A stretch of DNA of 64,000 nt from Eledone cirrhosa (lineage: Eukaryota), in NCBI GenBank assembly GCA_964016885.1, contig OZ024743.1, forward strand, positions 318,618,001 through 318,682,000, in the 5' to 3' direction. Below, piece by piece: positions 28,430-41,195 of this stretch (position 1 is the stretch's first letter; each line of letters starts with the position of its first letter). A program made the position numbers and the translations under genes. The notes under the pieces were generated by a model that saw nothing but the letters and a program-made list of their open reading frames with translations, was not told the DNA's origin and searched no databases.

Positions 28430-28827
28430 TATATATATATATATATATATGAATATATATATATATATATATGAATATATATTTATATATATATATATAT
28501 GAATATATATATATATATAAATATATATATATATGAATATATATAAATATATATGAATATATATATATATATGAATATATATATATATATGAATATATAT
28601 ATATATATGAATATATATATATATATGAATATATATATATATATATATATATATGAATATATATATATATATGAATATATATATATATATATATATATGA
28701 ATATATATATATATATGAATATATATATATATATATATGAATATATATATATATATATGAATATATATATATATGAATATATATATATGAATATATATAT
28801 ATATATATGAATATATATATATATATA

Positions 28828-28867
<40 letters not shown>

Positions 28868-28965
28868 TATATATATATATGAATATATATATATATGAAT
28901 ATATATATATATATGAATATATATATATATATATATGAATATATATATATATATATACATATATA

Positions 28966-29051
<86 letters not shown>

Positions 29052-29117
29052 TATATATATATATGAATATATATATATATATATAAATATATATATATGA
29101 ATATAAATATATATATA

Positions 29118-29151
<34 letters not shown>

Positions 29152-29263
29152 TATATATATATATGAATAATTATATATATATAAATATAAATATATATAT
29201 ATATATGAATATATATATATATGAATATATATATATATATGAATAAATATATATATATATATA

Positions 29264-29311
<48 letters not shown>

Positions 29312-29333
29312 TATATATATATATATATATATA

Positions 29334-29403
<70 letters not shown>

Positions 29404-29686
29404 TATATATATATATATGAATATATATATATATATATATGAATATATATATATATATATATATATGAATATATATATATATATATGAATATATATATAT
29501 ATATATATATATATGAATATATATATATATATATATGAATATAATATATATATATGAATATATATATATATGAATATATATATATATGAATATATATATA
29601 TATGAATATATATATATATATACATGAATATATATGAATATATATATATATGAATATATATATATATATAAATATATATACATATA

Positions 29687-29732
<46 letters not shown>

Positions 29733-29763
29733 ATAACAAGGTATTGTTTAAGGTAATCCATAT

Positions 29764-29795
<32 letters not shown>

Positions 29796-29866
29796 TATGA
29801 ATATATATATATATACATATATATGAATATATATATCTACATATATATACATATATATACATATAC

Positions 29867-29901
<35 letters not shown>

Positions 29902-30002
29902 CATATATACATATATATACACACATATATATACATATATATATACATATATACATATACATATATACATATACATATATACATTTACATATATACATTT
30001 AC

Positions 30003-30065
<63 letters not shown>
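28250..30065. repeat. ~1.8-kb (TA)n array punctuated by TGAA, switching to TACA near 29790
   Basis: Direct inspection. Confidence 0.97.
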
Positions 30066-30067
<2 letters not shown>

Positions 30068-30146
30068 TTCACACACACACACACATATATAAAGAGCCCT
30101 TTCAAAATTGAATTAATAGTCACCACATGGAGACAATAAATTCACG

Positions 30147-30152
30147 TTTATT
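30147..30152 (-). promoter_or_regulatory. Candidate polyadenylation signal of the EGF-ligand-like gene
   Basis: AATAAA on the minus strand ~1.1 kb after the stop codon, followed by GT-rich sequence. Confidence 0.35.
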
Positions 30153-30827
30153 ATTGAGTGATAATCGGGCTATTCCAAATGTATTGACTTGTGTTGCTTT
30201 AATGCAACAGTGATGATAGATTCAAGTGTGTGTGTATGTGTGAATATATGTATATATGTGTGTTTGTGTGTATGTGCATATATATATATACATACATACA
30301 CACACATGAAATGGTTTTAACAGTTTTAACATAACGTAGGCATACCATAAAGAAATAGTGTTAAGTTATATCGTTGACACTACTACTACTAATACAACTA
30401 CTACTACCACTAATAGTAGTAGCAGCAGTAGTAGTAGTAATTGATGCAGATGTTGATTGTTGTTTCTCGTACTTTGTATTTCATATTTTTCGGAGTAATA
30501 AACCATAAAAACTAATAAAGTAGGAAAGCCCAATGGTTAAAAAGTGATCAATCAAGAAATGAAGTTTTGTTGTTATTATTTTCATGTTTATACTTTGTCA
30601 CATTTGAAGTGACTAAAGCCCCCTTTTTTGCTTACTTTTTTCTTTTTGTAAATATTTCAAGTAAATAGTCTTTTCAATGTCAACAGGGGTAAAATCTTTG
30701 AGTCTTTTTTTCTTCTTTTGTCCCTCTTGAATTCATAATATATATATATATAAAAAAAAATTACTTTTCTGTTTGTTAATACTTACAAAAATAAAAATAA
30801 AATTTGTCAACACTTATTATTATTATA

Positions 30828-30859
<32 letters not shown>

Positions 30860-31268
30860 CATCATCATCATCATCCTCATCCTCATCATTATTAATCCAA
30901 TGAAATTTGGTAAGGAAAACAGGATTAACCAGATAATTTCTTTTCATTGGTAAATACAAAATATACAAACAATTCCTTTCTGTGATATAATTTTATACCT
31001 TTTTAGATTAATTTAATTTCTGAAAAACTTTTCATCTGTTTGTACTGTACTGTTCAGGCTTTTGAACTTTTAACATTGCCTTCAACAACTAAAAGTTTCA
31101 CATTGCCATGCAATGGTTGAACATTTCTAGTTTTCTGCATTTTTTAAAAAACTTATTATTATCAAAAATGTTCTTCCATTGTGTTTCTCAGAAATTGTTG
31201 TTGTTGATGTTGTTGTTATTCCTAGAATGAATAGCTATAACTGACATTGTGTAATGAAAAAAAAAATC

Positions 31269-32021
31269 TTAAAATGCAAAATTTGGTAAGCTCTTATCAC
31301 GGGTAACTTCACTGCCACGACTATCAACAGATGTTTGATATCCATTATGTAGCAATTGTGAAGCAGATTTGCCAACAGCAGGGATTAATGCTTGTCCATT
31401 TTGAGTGCTAGATTTATTAGTGTGTAGATTTTCTATTTGTCTCTCAGAGACAGGTATAGAGTAATGATCTGGTTTAGAAATCTTGCTGTGAGAATGCATT
31501 ACCTTTGGGCAGGTTTTACCTGTAGAAGATGGGTTTTTCTCAGCAGGTTCTTTATCAATCAAATCATCTTCACTTATGTAGAGCAGAGTTTGATCGATAT
31601 CCTCACTGTCACTAGAAGAGTCAGTTTGTAGGGACCCATCACATTTTAAATGACTATCACAAGGTAATTTCATATTCAAATTATTTTTACATCCTTCAAC
31701 AGAAAGATATGGTTGACTGTGGTTTGGTTCAGCATATATCACTTGAGTTTCAGGTAAAGTAATATCTATACCATTGGAAAGAGTTTCTTTATCTGTAAGC
31801 TGAGTAGCGGAAGACACAGCAGGTAAACGGTGCCGTTTTTGAAGCTTTGATACACCATTCTCAGTATCATTTACTCTTTCTTTTGGCAACTGGTTGGATG
31901 AGACGCTCTGCATAAGTTTGGTATTCCCATTTGGAATGCATCTTTCATTGTGACTCACTGACGGTACCTCACTGAATGTACTCTCTTGGACATTGTAACT
32001 ACATTCATCAATTGTTTTCGT
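31269..32021 (-). CDS. Terminal coding exon (250 aa, Ser-rich and probably disordered cytoplasmic tail) of the EGF-ligand-like precursor
   Basis: Acceptor TTTTTTATATTGCAG|ACG in phase 0; 753-nt non-repetitive ORF TKTIDECSY...SLPNFAF*. Confidence 0.85.
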   Translation of the reverse strand, partial: TKTIDECSYNVQESTFSEVPSVSHNERCIPNGNTKLMQSVSSNQLPKERVNDTENGVSKLQKRHRLPAVSSATQLTDKETLSNGIDITLPETQVIYAEPNHSQPYLSVEGCKNNLNMKLPCDSHLKCDGSLQTDSSSDSEDIDQTLLYISEDDLIDKEPAEKNPSSTGKTCPKVMHSHSKISKPDHYSIPVSERQIENLHTNKSSTQNGQALIPAVGKSASQLLHNGYQTSVDSRGSEVTRDKSLPNFAF

Positions 32022-34044
32022 CTGCAATATAAAAAAGTACATTATTAGATTGAATTCATACAAAATATATATAATCATGATTATCATTAACTTTAAATCT
32101 CTATATAGCAACAGAATACATATATATATGATAAATATATATCTGTACATATACAGTACAGAGGTAACTGGGATTGCGTAAACATTTACATATCAACAAA
32201 TTACATATTCTTAATCTTCAGATGAGATACAAAAATATTTAAACACAAACTAGCATAAAGTATAAATATTATTCCTCTTGATAGTATCATTATGATTATT
32301 ATATTGTCATTACTATTATTATTATGGATTACATTTTGCCTAGTTGTGTGTTTAATGAAAACTTTGTGTTGAAAGAGTTGCAAAGATTAAATGATTTAAG
32401 AATTTCTATTTGTCTTCTTAAATTGTTTTATGATAAATGCATATCTGTACATATACAGTACAAGGGTACCTGGGACTGCATAGATGTATGTGTATATATA
32501 TATATATATACAAATATAAATTAGCGAGAATCGTTTTCAGCTCAGGAATTAACGAAAATCAACGTCCGATATGTGTGGCAAGCGCTCGATGAATCATATG
32601 AATCAGAGCTACAACATATGTTAAGGGCCAAACACACTGAGATGATGGTTAAACATATCATCCGCACAGCCAAAATCAAAACGACCAAGTAATTCGGGTC
32701 AAACAATAAAAATATATGTGTTGATACTTTCCCGGACCCTGGACTGATGGTAAAATCCATATATATACATACATACATTGAGTACACACACATATAAACT
32801 TGTTAAATTTATGTATTTCCCTTTAATTGAAAATATGGTGATTATCTTGAATTGATTTTTTAAAAACCATTATTATGGTCTTATCAGAGGATTATCTATA
32901 TCATCAACAAATCACATAGAAATACATAAATCAAGATCTTATGAAACCTACGAAATATAGTAGTCTCAACTTAATGAAGTTTTGCTCATTTACATAATTT
33001 CTATTACATAAAATTCATTAATACTTGTATAATATATGAAATTCATCAACGTATTGTGATATTTTCATGCAAAGATCAATTTCATGCAAACATGCAGAGA
33101 GAGCAGAGTGTGTGTGGTTTTAAAAAAAATTAATTTTAAACCAGCTAAACAACATGCAGTTATGCATTGGTTTGCATATTAGAATACCACCTTAATAAAA
33201 CCAGCTGAAAAAACCTGTGTACACATACACAGAAACACACACACACACACATAATCTGAGGTTTGCCTAAACATATCTGAAAAAGAAAGAAGTATTTTTG
33301 TGAACACTTTTTTTAGAATACAATTATAAACCTAGAAAATGTATTTATTTATATTAAGAAAATACCAAATGACACTAGGATAAATACATTAATAAGTGTA
33401 AATATATATAATACTGCAGGATAAATAAAAACTTATATAAAGGTGATAAATAATAAATAACATAAAAGGAAGAAAAAAAAAAGGAATAGAGCTGATCGTC
33501 ACATCATATCAAGGAAACAATGATTCTATTGGTCTTAACATTGTTTATACAATTTGCCGGCTACAACGCTTGGCAGAAAGGAGGTGGAATTTGAACTCAA
33601 AACACTCAGAGATGGATTAGATACTGAAAAATATCCTGACCAACTTTTTTATATTTCTGCCACTCCACCACCCTTTGAGTGGCACTTTATTTATCGACCT
33701 CAAAAGGACGACAGGCAAGGTTGATGCTGGAGGGATTTGTCAATCCACCACCATCATCATCATCACAATAACATGATGAGTTTCATAAGAAAGGTAATTA
33801 AGAAAATGAAATAAAAGTACATACAATGTATTTACAATTTCATATGGTATTTTTCTTATTTTACTATGCCCCACACTCCCACCACAAAAAAAAATTGACA
33901 TAGTAAATTAATAAGAAAAATAAGACGGTAATGACCAAAAGAATACGATTGCAAATACAAGTGACCAAAATGGGGTTCCTCTGAAGGGTCTTTGGAGTAA
34001 CGCTACTATATAGAGTTCATAGCTTAAAGATAAGAGAGTTGCTT

Positions 34045-34340
34045 CAGATGGAGCCACTACTTCTCCAAATTGAGAGATCACAGCTCTGATATTACAGGCA
34101 TATGGTCAGAATGTCTCAGGAAAGAATTGCTGGGCAGATTTTATGAGCAAAACCAACTGGCAGTAGACCCAGGGGTAGACATCAAGTAAAATAGTTGGAT
34201 AACATCCATGAGCTCAGCTGGCTTCATTTGGGACCCAGCCAGATGAATTAGAGATGGTTGCTTCTGACAGGACCTGCTGGAATGTGTGTTTGAGGACTCT
34301 GCCTTTACAGCCCTCCCAGGAATAAGAGGGCAAAGAAGAA
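34045..34340 (+). mobile_element. RTE LINE 3' end fragment
   Basis: EPLLLQIERSQL..HMVRMSQERI..RPRGR; homologous to 5415-5680. Confidence 0.65.
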
Positions 34341-35609
34341 ATAAGAGGGTACATTGATAAAAAAAACAAAAAAAAAAACGAGGCAGAAAACAAAATATAA
34401 CATTATTTGTTTTAAAGAAGTGTAAATTATTCTTGGCTACTTCTGTTCATTGATAACTGCATTAGTTGTTTAGAGTAGAGGCAGTACTGGATTTACATAT
34501 GTACTATGTGGGCTGCTGCCTGGAGCCTAAGAGTCGAAAGGGCTCCATCCTGTATTAGATATTTTATCAAAATGAAGCCATGACACAGGACATTTTGGTC
34601 AAAATTTCAGATATTATAATTCTTATTAAATACATTTATTTTTTTAAGTACATGATGGCATGTGGCTTAGTGGTTAAAGAATTGGATTCACAATTGTGAG
34701 GTTGTAAGTTTGATTCCCGGGCCAGACGATGTGTTCTGTCCTTGGGTAAGACACATTTCATACTGTTCCTTCTGCCAGGAGTTGTAATTGGTAGATAGTA
34801 TCAGTAATGGAAAGATGAATGGAAACAATGTTTCCTTCATTTGATTTGACAAGTTCCACCTAACACAGTAAGCAAATGAGATCTGGGATCTTTTTGATCA
34901 TTTCCTGTTGTCATGCTTTCTTAAAGTGTTATATCACCTCTGTTTTAGAGGTCAGCATGGATCAATGCTGGAATCTCAGCATCATTTTATGTGTAGGACT
35001 ACATTTATGTATTTAAATTTCATCAAGTTTCTTGGTAACTAGTAATAGGGACTTGAAATATTCTCCAGTCGAAGGCCTCTAGTTGTTTTAATCCAACCTT
35101 GGGTACAGGAATCTAAATGTAGATGTACCCTAGTTGCTTTAATCCAGCCCTGGGTATGGGAATTTAAATATAGATATATAAAGTACATAGTTTAAGCAAT
35201 ATTTTATGAGGATCATATGCTTATAGATGGAAAAGATATTCTATAGCAAGGTATGGGCTAAAGTATTGATGGTATAAATCTTGTGAGTAATGCTGTCTCC
35301 TGTCCCTGGTAAAGACAACTATTGCTGACTTGATATTTGCAGTATATTTCATCAGCAGCAGTTATTTCGTATAATTCACAAGTGTTTTATAAGTTTGGAG
35401 TTCTGGCTTCAAATCTTCTCATAGCATAAGAGAGGTTGTAAATGTATACTTAAAATTATTATTTTCTTGGAATCTCCGTCATTGATGTTATTTAACTGGA
35501 AAGTTTGTTCAAATGAACATCAAGCTGCTACCTGCAGTCTCATATATTCAGGAAATATCGGAGCGTTCTTGAGAAATTATTATTATTTTTCAAATCCAGT
35601 CAAATTGTT

Positions 35610-35942
35610 TATCATCATCATCATCACCATTTTACGTCCGCTTTTCCCTGCTTGCAAGGGTGAGACGGGAACTGATTATGGCTTGGTTTCTACAGCTGGA
35701 TGCCCTTCATAATATCAACCTCATTTACAATGAGTGCTGGGTGCTTTTTTTTCACCTACACGACCACTTTGCAGTGGAATGATAGGGATCCCAGTCCCTA
35801 TCATCTCATTTCTACAGCTGAGTAAACTGGAGTGAAATAAAGTGTCTTGCTCAAGGAAACAACACATCACCTGGTCTGAGAATTGAACTCACAACCTTTC
35901 GATTGCAAGGCCATTGCTCTAACAACTAAGCCATGTGCCTTA
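35610..35942 (-). mobile_element. Composite CORE/RTE-tail SINE
   Basis: Matches 8985-9372. Confidence 0.8.
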
Positions 35943-36428
35943 TATTTATCTAAAAACCTTCCTTTATAATTTTATGTAAGAACCTTTGCTAAGACCAGCT
36001 TCATAATGAGAAAGTTAGTTATATTATTATATTCTTCCAAGTACAAGGTGTCTCCAATTGTCTCTTTCTTTCAACATCTCCTTTGTGAGGTGTAGTTTCT
36101 TTGGATCAGGCTTTCATCATCTTTCTTGGTTTTCCTCTTCCAAGGCTTCTGGCACTTCTTCACCCAACAATCATCATCCATACACATTATATGTCTGTCT
36201 CTATCAGCGTAACTTCTCTCCTGTATATAACATCTGATTCCTCTTAATTTATATTATCATCTTGATAATATAAATTAATATCTATTCGATGTCTTTTCTA
36301 TTTAATATTATTCTTCCATAAACTCCAGAAAGGAGGACTGCTAATATATTTATAATGTTAAATAACTGTTTGAAATATGTAAAAACTGATAACAAATTTT
36401 AGTGATGGTACCATTTTATATTACTTAC

Positions 36429-36633
36429 TCCTCTCTGTGGGAAAGGTTTAATACCGACAACATGTGACGCAAACAATATCAAATTTATCCGTACCAATGA
36501 TGATAAATATAAATTGTCTGATTGGATAAGATCATCAGAAGGAATATGACAGTAAGTATCCCCTTTGGAACTGGGCCGGTTAAAACCACCATACTGACAC
36601 TCTGATGATAGGCTTCTTTTTCTTTTACCATTC
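36429..36633 (-). CDS. Internal exon (phase 2 to 0) of the EGF-ligand-like precursor, cytoplasmic region
   Basis: TATTTTTCAG|G acceptor and GGA|GTAAGT donor; 205 nt open as NGKRKRSLSSECQYGG...PFPQRG; an alternative donor would end the exon at 36495. Confidence 0.75.
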
Positions 36634-37559
36634 CTGAAAAATACAGTGTATTAAAAAGGATTAGTGAATATAGTGTTTACAATAGCAGTATAAAAAAAAA
36701 GGATAAAGGGAAAGTAGCTAATCATCAGATTGGACCAAGCAAACAACGATTTCATTGGTCTTTCCACTGCTGATACTCTCTGTTGGTTGCAACTCCGTGA
36801 GATTTGAACTCAAAACAAAAAGCCAGAACAAATATCAAAACACCTTCTCTGACTTTTTACCCCCCCCCCTCTTGACTGGTATTTTATTCCTTAACCATAA
36901 AAAGAATGAATGTCAAAATTAACTTCAGCAGGATTTGAACTCAAGGAGCAGCGAGCCAGAATAAATACAAAGATATTTAATCTGGTACCCTAACATCTCT
37001 GCCAATTTACCACCTTTATCTATATAAAATAGAAATATATTAACAGTTCTCCTTTCTGGAGTTTATGAAAGACATCTAATAGATATTAATTTACATCTAT
37101 AAAAACTAAAAAATAATAAAAACAGAAAAAAAAGATGAGGTATGTAAATCTGAAATTAAAAAGTATTATTAATAATGTTTTTATAAAAAAACAACTATTG
37201 ATATAGAAAGTGTAATAATGAAAATAAATGTATAAGAACTACTGAAATATTTAAATGTAAAGTGGTTGGTGTTAGGAAGGGCATCCAGCTGTAGAAACCA
37301 TGTCAAACAAAGTGTTGGTAAGAACTCTTCAGTTGTGTTAGAGACATAAAAACCTGGTGCTGGTGCTGGTGTATGATAAAATGCACACAGTACATTCTGT
37401 AAAGTGGTTGGTATCCAGTTATAGAAATCATGTCAAAACTGGAATTTATGTAAATGAAATGTAGCCTCTGGCCTGTTCAATATGACAGTAGCTTTGAGTA
37501 AGTACTAACTTAATTTTGATGCAAATATGACATACCTCATCTATATTGAAATTTGATTG

Positions 37560-38333
37560 GTCAAAAATATTCACCAATTATATAAATTTTTATGTGTAAA
37601 CAAATAATGATTGTATTTTCATTATTATACGTGTAGTGAACTGAAGAAAAAAATGTCAACTGAAGAAGGAATTTCAATTGTTTTGTTAATGGCAGAATAC
37701 AAGTCTGTAACAGTTGTTCAGCGAAAATGGTCAACTCAGCACAAATCACCAGCCCTTCACACAAAATAATATGAGTTTGCTTTGTAAAATTCAAAGAAAC
37801 AGGATCAGTACATGACCTTGACAGGAGTGGAAGTCCTAGTATGGATGAAGACAATGTGAAGTAGATTGAAAAAATCTTTACAAAAGCACCATCAACAACT
37901 CTCAGACAGGCATCAAGTCAACTTGGTATTCCTTATTCAACTATTTGTGAGAATTTAACATTCCATGTTGCCACGAAGCCATATAAGCTATCAAATGTGC
38001 AACAACTGTTTCCATCTGATAAGGCTGGGGACATATTAAGTTTATTGTGCAAGCTTCCTTTGGGGACATATTAAATTTATTGCGCAAGCTTCCTCTCTGA
38101 AAACTGTTGAAGAACTGAAACAGGCTATATCAGCTGCATTCACCAAAATAACAAAAGAACATCTTGAAGCTGCATTCGACAATTTCATGAAGAGACTTGA
38201 TATGTGCATATCTATGGAAGGCAGTCATTTTGAACATTTTTCTTAACACAGTTAAAAACTTTATTGCATGTTATTTAAAAAAATAAAGACAATAAATTGC
38301 TTGGAAGATGAAAACTAGAGGACTTTACACTCA

Positions 38334-38337
<4 letters not shown>
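37560..38337 (+). mobile_element. Tc1/mariner-superfamily transposon remnant, internally deleted
   Basis: KFKETGSVHDLDRSGSPS...LWGHIK...RLDMCISMEGSHFEHF*; 3' TIR GGACTTTACACTCAC. Confidence 0.75.
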
Positions 38338-38379
<42 letters not shown>

Positions 38380-38635
38380 CATCATCCTCATTTAACGTCC
38401 ATCTTCCACGCTAAGTATGGGTCTGGACTATATATATATATGTATATATAGGGTGAGTGTAAAGTCCTCTAGTTTTCATCTTCCAAGCAATTTATTGTCT
38501 TTATTTTTTAAAATAACATGCAATAAAGTTTTTAACTGTGTTAAGAAAAATGTTCAAAATGACTGCCTTCCATAGATATGCACATATCAAGTCTCTTCAT
38601 GAAATATATATATATATATATATAAATATATAAAT

Positions 38636-39222
38636 AAATTGTTTATATTATTTAAAAACTGTCCATCATCATTTTATGTAAGAAACTTTGTTAAGTTATG
38701 TTCCAAACACCAACTTAATAATGAGAAAGTTATATTGCTAAATTCCTCCAAATTCTCGATTCGTTTGAAAATTATAGGCAGTGTCTTTCATTAGAAATAT
38801 GGCCACAAAATGGTTAAAGCGTTTATATTTATCTAAAAGCCTTCCATCATAATTTTATGCAAGAACCTTTGTTAAGTTATGTTCCAAACACCGTCTTAAT
38901 AATAAGAAAGTTATGTTAAATTACTCAATACTTTCAGATACATGTTTTCAAAATTATTTGAAAATCATAGGCAATGTCTTTTATTTGAAATATGGTTACA
39001 GTCACAAAAGTGTTAACATGTTTGTAATTATCTAAAAAAACTTGCCATCATAATTTTATGTAAGAACCTTTGTTAAGTTACGTTCCAGATATCAGCATAA
39101 TAATGAGAAAATTAGTTATATTATTAAATCCCTCCAAAAGCTTGATTATTCTCAAAATTATTTGAAAATCATAGGCAACATCTTCCATTTGAAATATGGA
39201 AATATGGTAATGAAAAGGTTAA
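38636..39222 (+). repeat. Tandem trimer (~180-200 bp) of a piggyBac-type MITE-derived unit
   Basis: Three diverged copies, each ending in ...GTTAA; reverse-complement similarity to 45990-46229. Confidence 0.65.
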
Positions 39223-40720
39223 ATGAACTAAAATGCTTACAATTAATCAATTAAAACCTAATTACTGATTAAAGCTTGATTTTTTTGTTATTTTTTAATT
39301 ATACATACCATATTTCACTAAAATTCATCGCAACATCGAGCAAAAAATTTGCTAGCAGAGTTGGGTGTGTGGGGAGAAACAACATATTAGCAAAACCTTT
39401 GATTAATAATGCATATAATCTGATTCTTGTCAGCTTGAAATTAAATTGATTATGTTAAAAAGATTTAAGGGTTTTTGATTGGCAGGGATAAATAGACATA
39501 CTATAAAATATGTCCTAGTTTGTTTTAATTTAAGAGAGATAAAAGAAATTCTCTTTATTTACTACAGGCAGTTTTCAAAAGTGGGTTTTCAAGACTAGGT
39601 CCTTACTTATGTATGTGTGTACTAGATTCTGGGTAATAGCATTTCTATCTTCCAGATTCCCTCCTCCTTTTAGTGCCTTAAATATACCTTTAGTGTAAAA
39701 ATGTGGCTATTTTGTTTCTGAATATTAAGACATTGCAAGGAAAAGATGCTAACCATTTCAACCATTTGCAATGAATTAAAAAAACCACAACAAAAACTAA
39801 AAGCAATAAATATATCATATGTGTATATATAATATGTATATCATGTGTATATATGAAAAATGCACCCGGTACACCCTTTAGGATGGCTGGTGATAGAAAG
39901 GGCATCATGTTGTAGAAACCATACCAAAAACAAAAAGTGTTGCAAGGACTCTTCAGTTATATCAAGGGTACAACATATAACCAGCTACATTATTTTTGGA
40001 GGCAGGGCTAACTGAAGGAACACCATAGGCAATACAAACTTTAGGTATGTCAGAATCAGTTAAGCCCGGAATAAAATGCATCCATTTATGTTGTAAACAC
40101 AATTTATATAAGGAATATGATATATAAAAGAAACAAATCAACAGAAATGCTGCTGTGAGTGTGTCAGATTGCCTCAAAAATTTTTGATGACCCTTGTGGC
40201 ATGTGATGGAATGATGCACTTGATGTTGAATTGTGGTCTTTTTTTTTTGCTTTGATTGTATAATTTTGTGTATTATATTTATAAGGTTCCTAGCAATAAT
40301 TAATTGATTATATGTATTTCTATTTAATCTTATATATTTGTAATATGATAATATATATATATAGAGAGAGAGTTAACTAGCCGAAACCACTGAGCTTGCT
40401 CAGATCCTCTACTTTTACTAATATATATATATATATATATATATATAGTAATAATAATAGTAATAATAATAAATTTGAAGACTAAAATATATATATATAT
40501 ATATATATACATCTTGAATACAACAAAAATGAATAAAAAAAACGTGATATTTTTGTTTTAATTTGTTTAGTTTATCAGAAACATTTTATGATTTAGTTGG
40601 AATAAAGTTTCAATTTCGTACATCCTCACACTCTCATTTTGAATGTGAATGCTCTCTTAATTAAATTTAAATAAAAAAAACAAACATAGATAGATATAAC
40701 ATAAAACATTTATAAGTCAC

Positions 40721-40804
40721 CTTGAGATTGTTTGCGAGTGAGATGACTGTGCTTTAGATTCCTTTCCTAGTTGAATACGTTTTAAGGATCTAGTCACTAT
40801 AATC
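40721..40804 (-). CDS. Probable 84-nt symmetric (phase 2-2) exon of the EGF-ligand-like precursor
   Basis: GCCTTTGTCAAG|G acceptor and AAG|GTGACT donor; reads IIVTRSLKRIQLGKESKAQSSHSQTIS in frame with both neighbours. Confidence 0.55.
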
Positions 40805-40879
40805 CTTGACAAAGGCATGAGTATTAGATAATGCAAATAGACAAATAAAATATCGATTTATCTATCATTATTATTGTGG

Positions 40880-41195
40880 CGGTCTGAGTTCAAATCCCGC
40901 CGAGGTTAACTTTGCCTTTCATCCTTACAGGGTCGATAAAATAAAGTACCAGTAATGTACTGGGTAATTGATGGCCTTGTGCCAAAAGTAGAAACAATTA
41001 TTATTGTGGTTTGGCAGTATCGGTAGAGGGTCGGGCAACATGCTTTGTAGCACAGAGTTACGCCCCTTTCTGATCTGAGTTCAAATCCTGCCGAGGTTAA
41101 CTTTGCCTTTCATCCTTACGGGGTCGATAAAATAAAGTACCAGTAATGCACTGGGTAATTGCTGGCCTTGTGCCAAAAGTAGAAACAATTATTAT
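40880..41195 (+). mobile_element. Tandem pair of Meta-like SINEs, first copy 5'-truncated
   Basis: Two consecutive copies of the 754-932 family; further copies at 42048-42232 and 50836-51022. Confidence 0.8.

Noticed and set aside
22182-30126. Long Y/I/M/C-rich ORFs of up to 547 aa
   Set aside because: Translations of stop-free (TA)n/(TACA)n microsatellites.
32022-32150. N-terminal 43 aa of the 293-aa ORF
   Set aside because: AT-rich intronic sequence upstream of a clear splice acceptor.
36485-36631. Alternative frame MVKEKEAYHQSVSMVVLTGPVPKGILTVIFLLMILSNQTIYIYHHWYG* with a hydrophobic stretch
   Set aside because: Needs phase-1 entry by skipping the TM exon; the phase-2 frame links cleanly to both neighbours and nothing independently supports this one.
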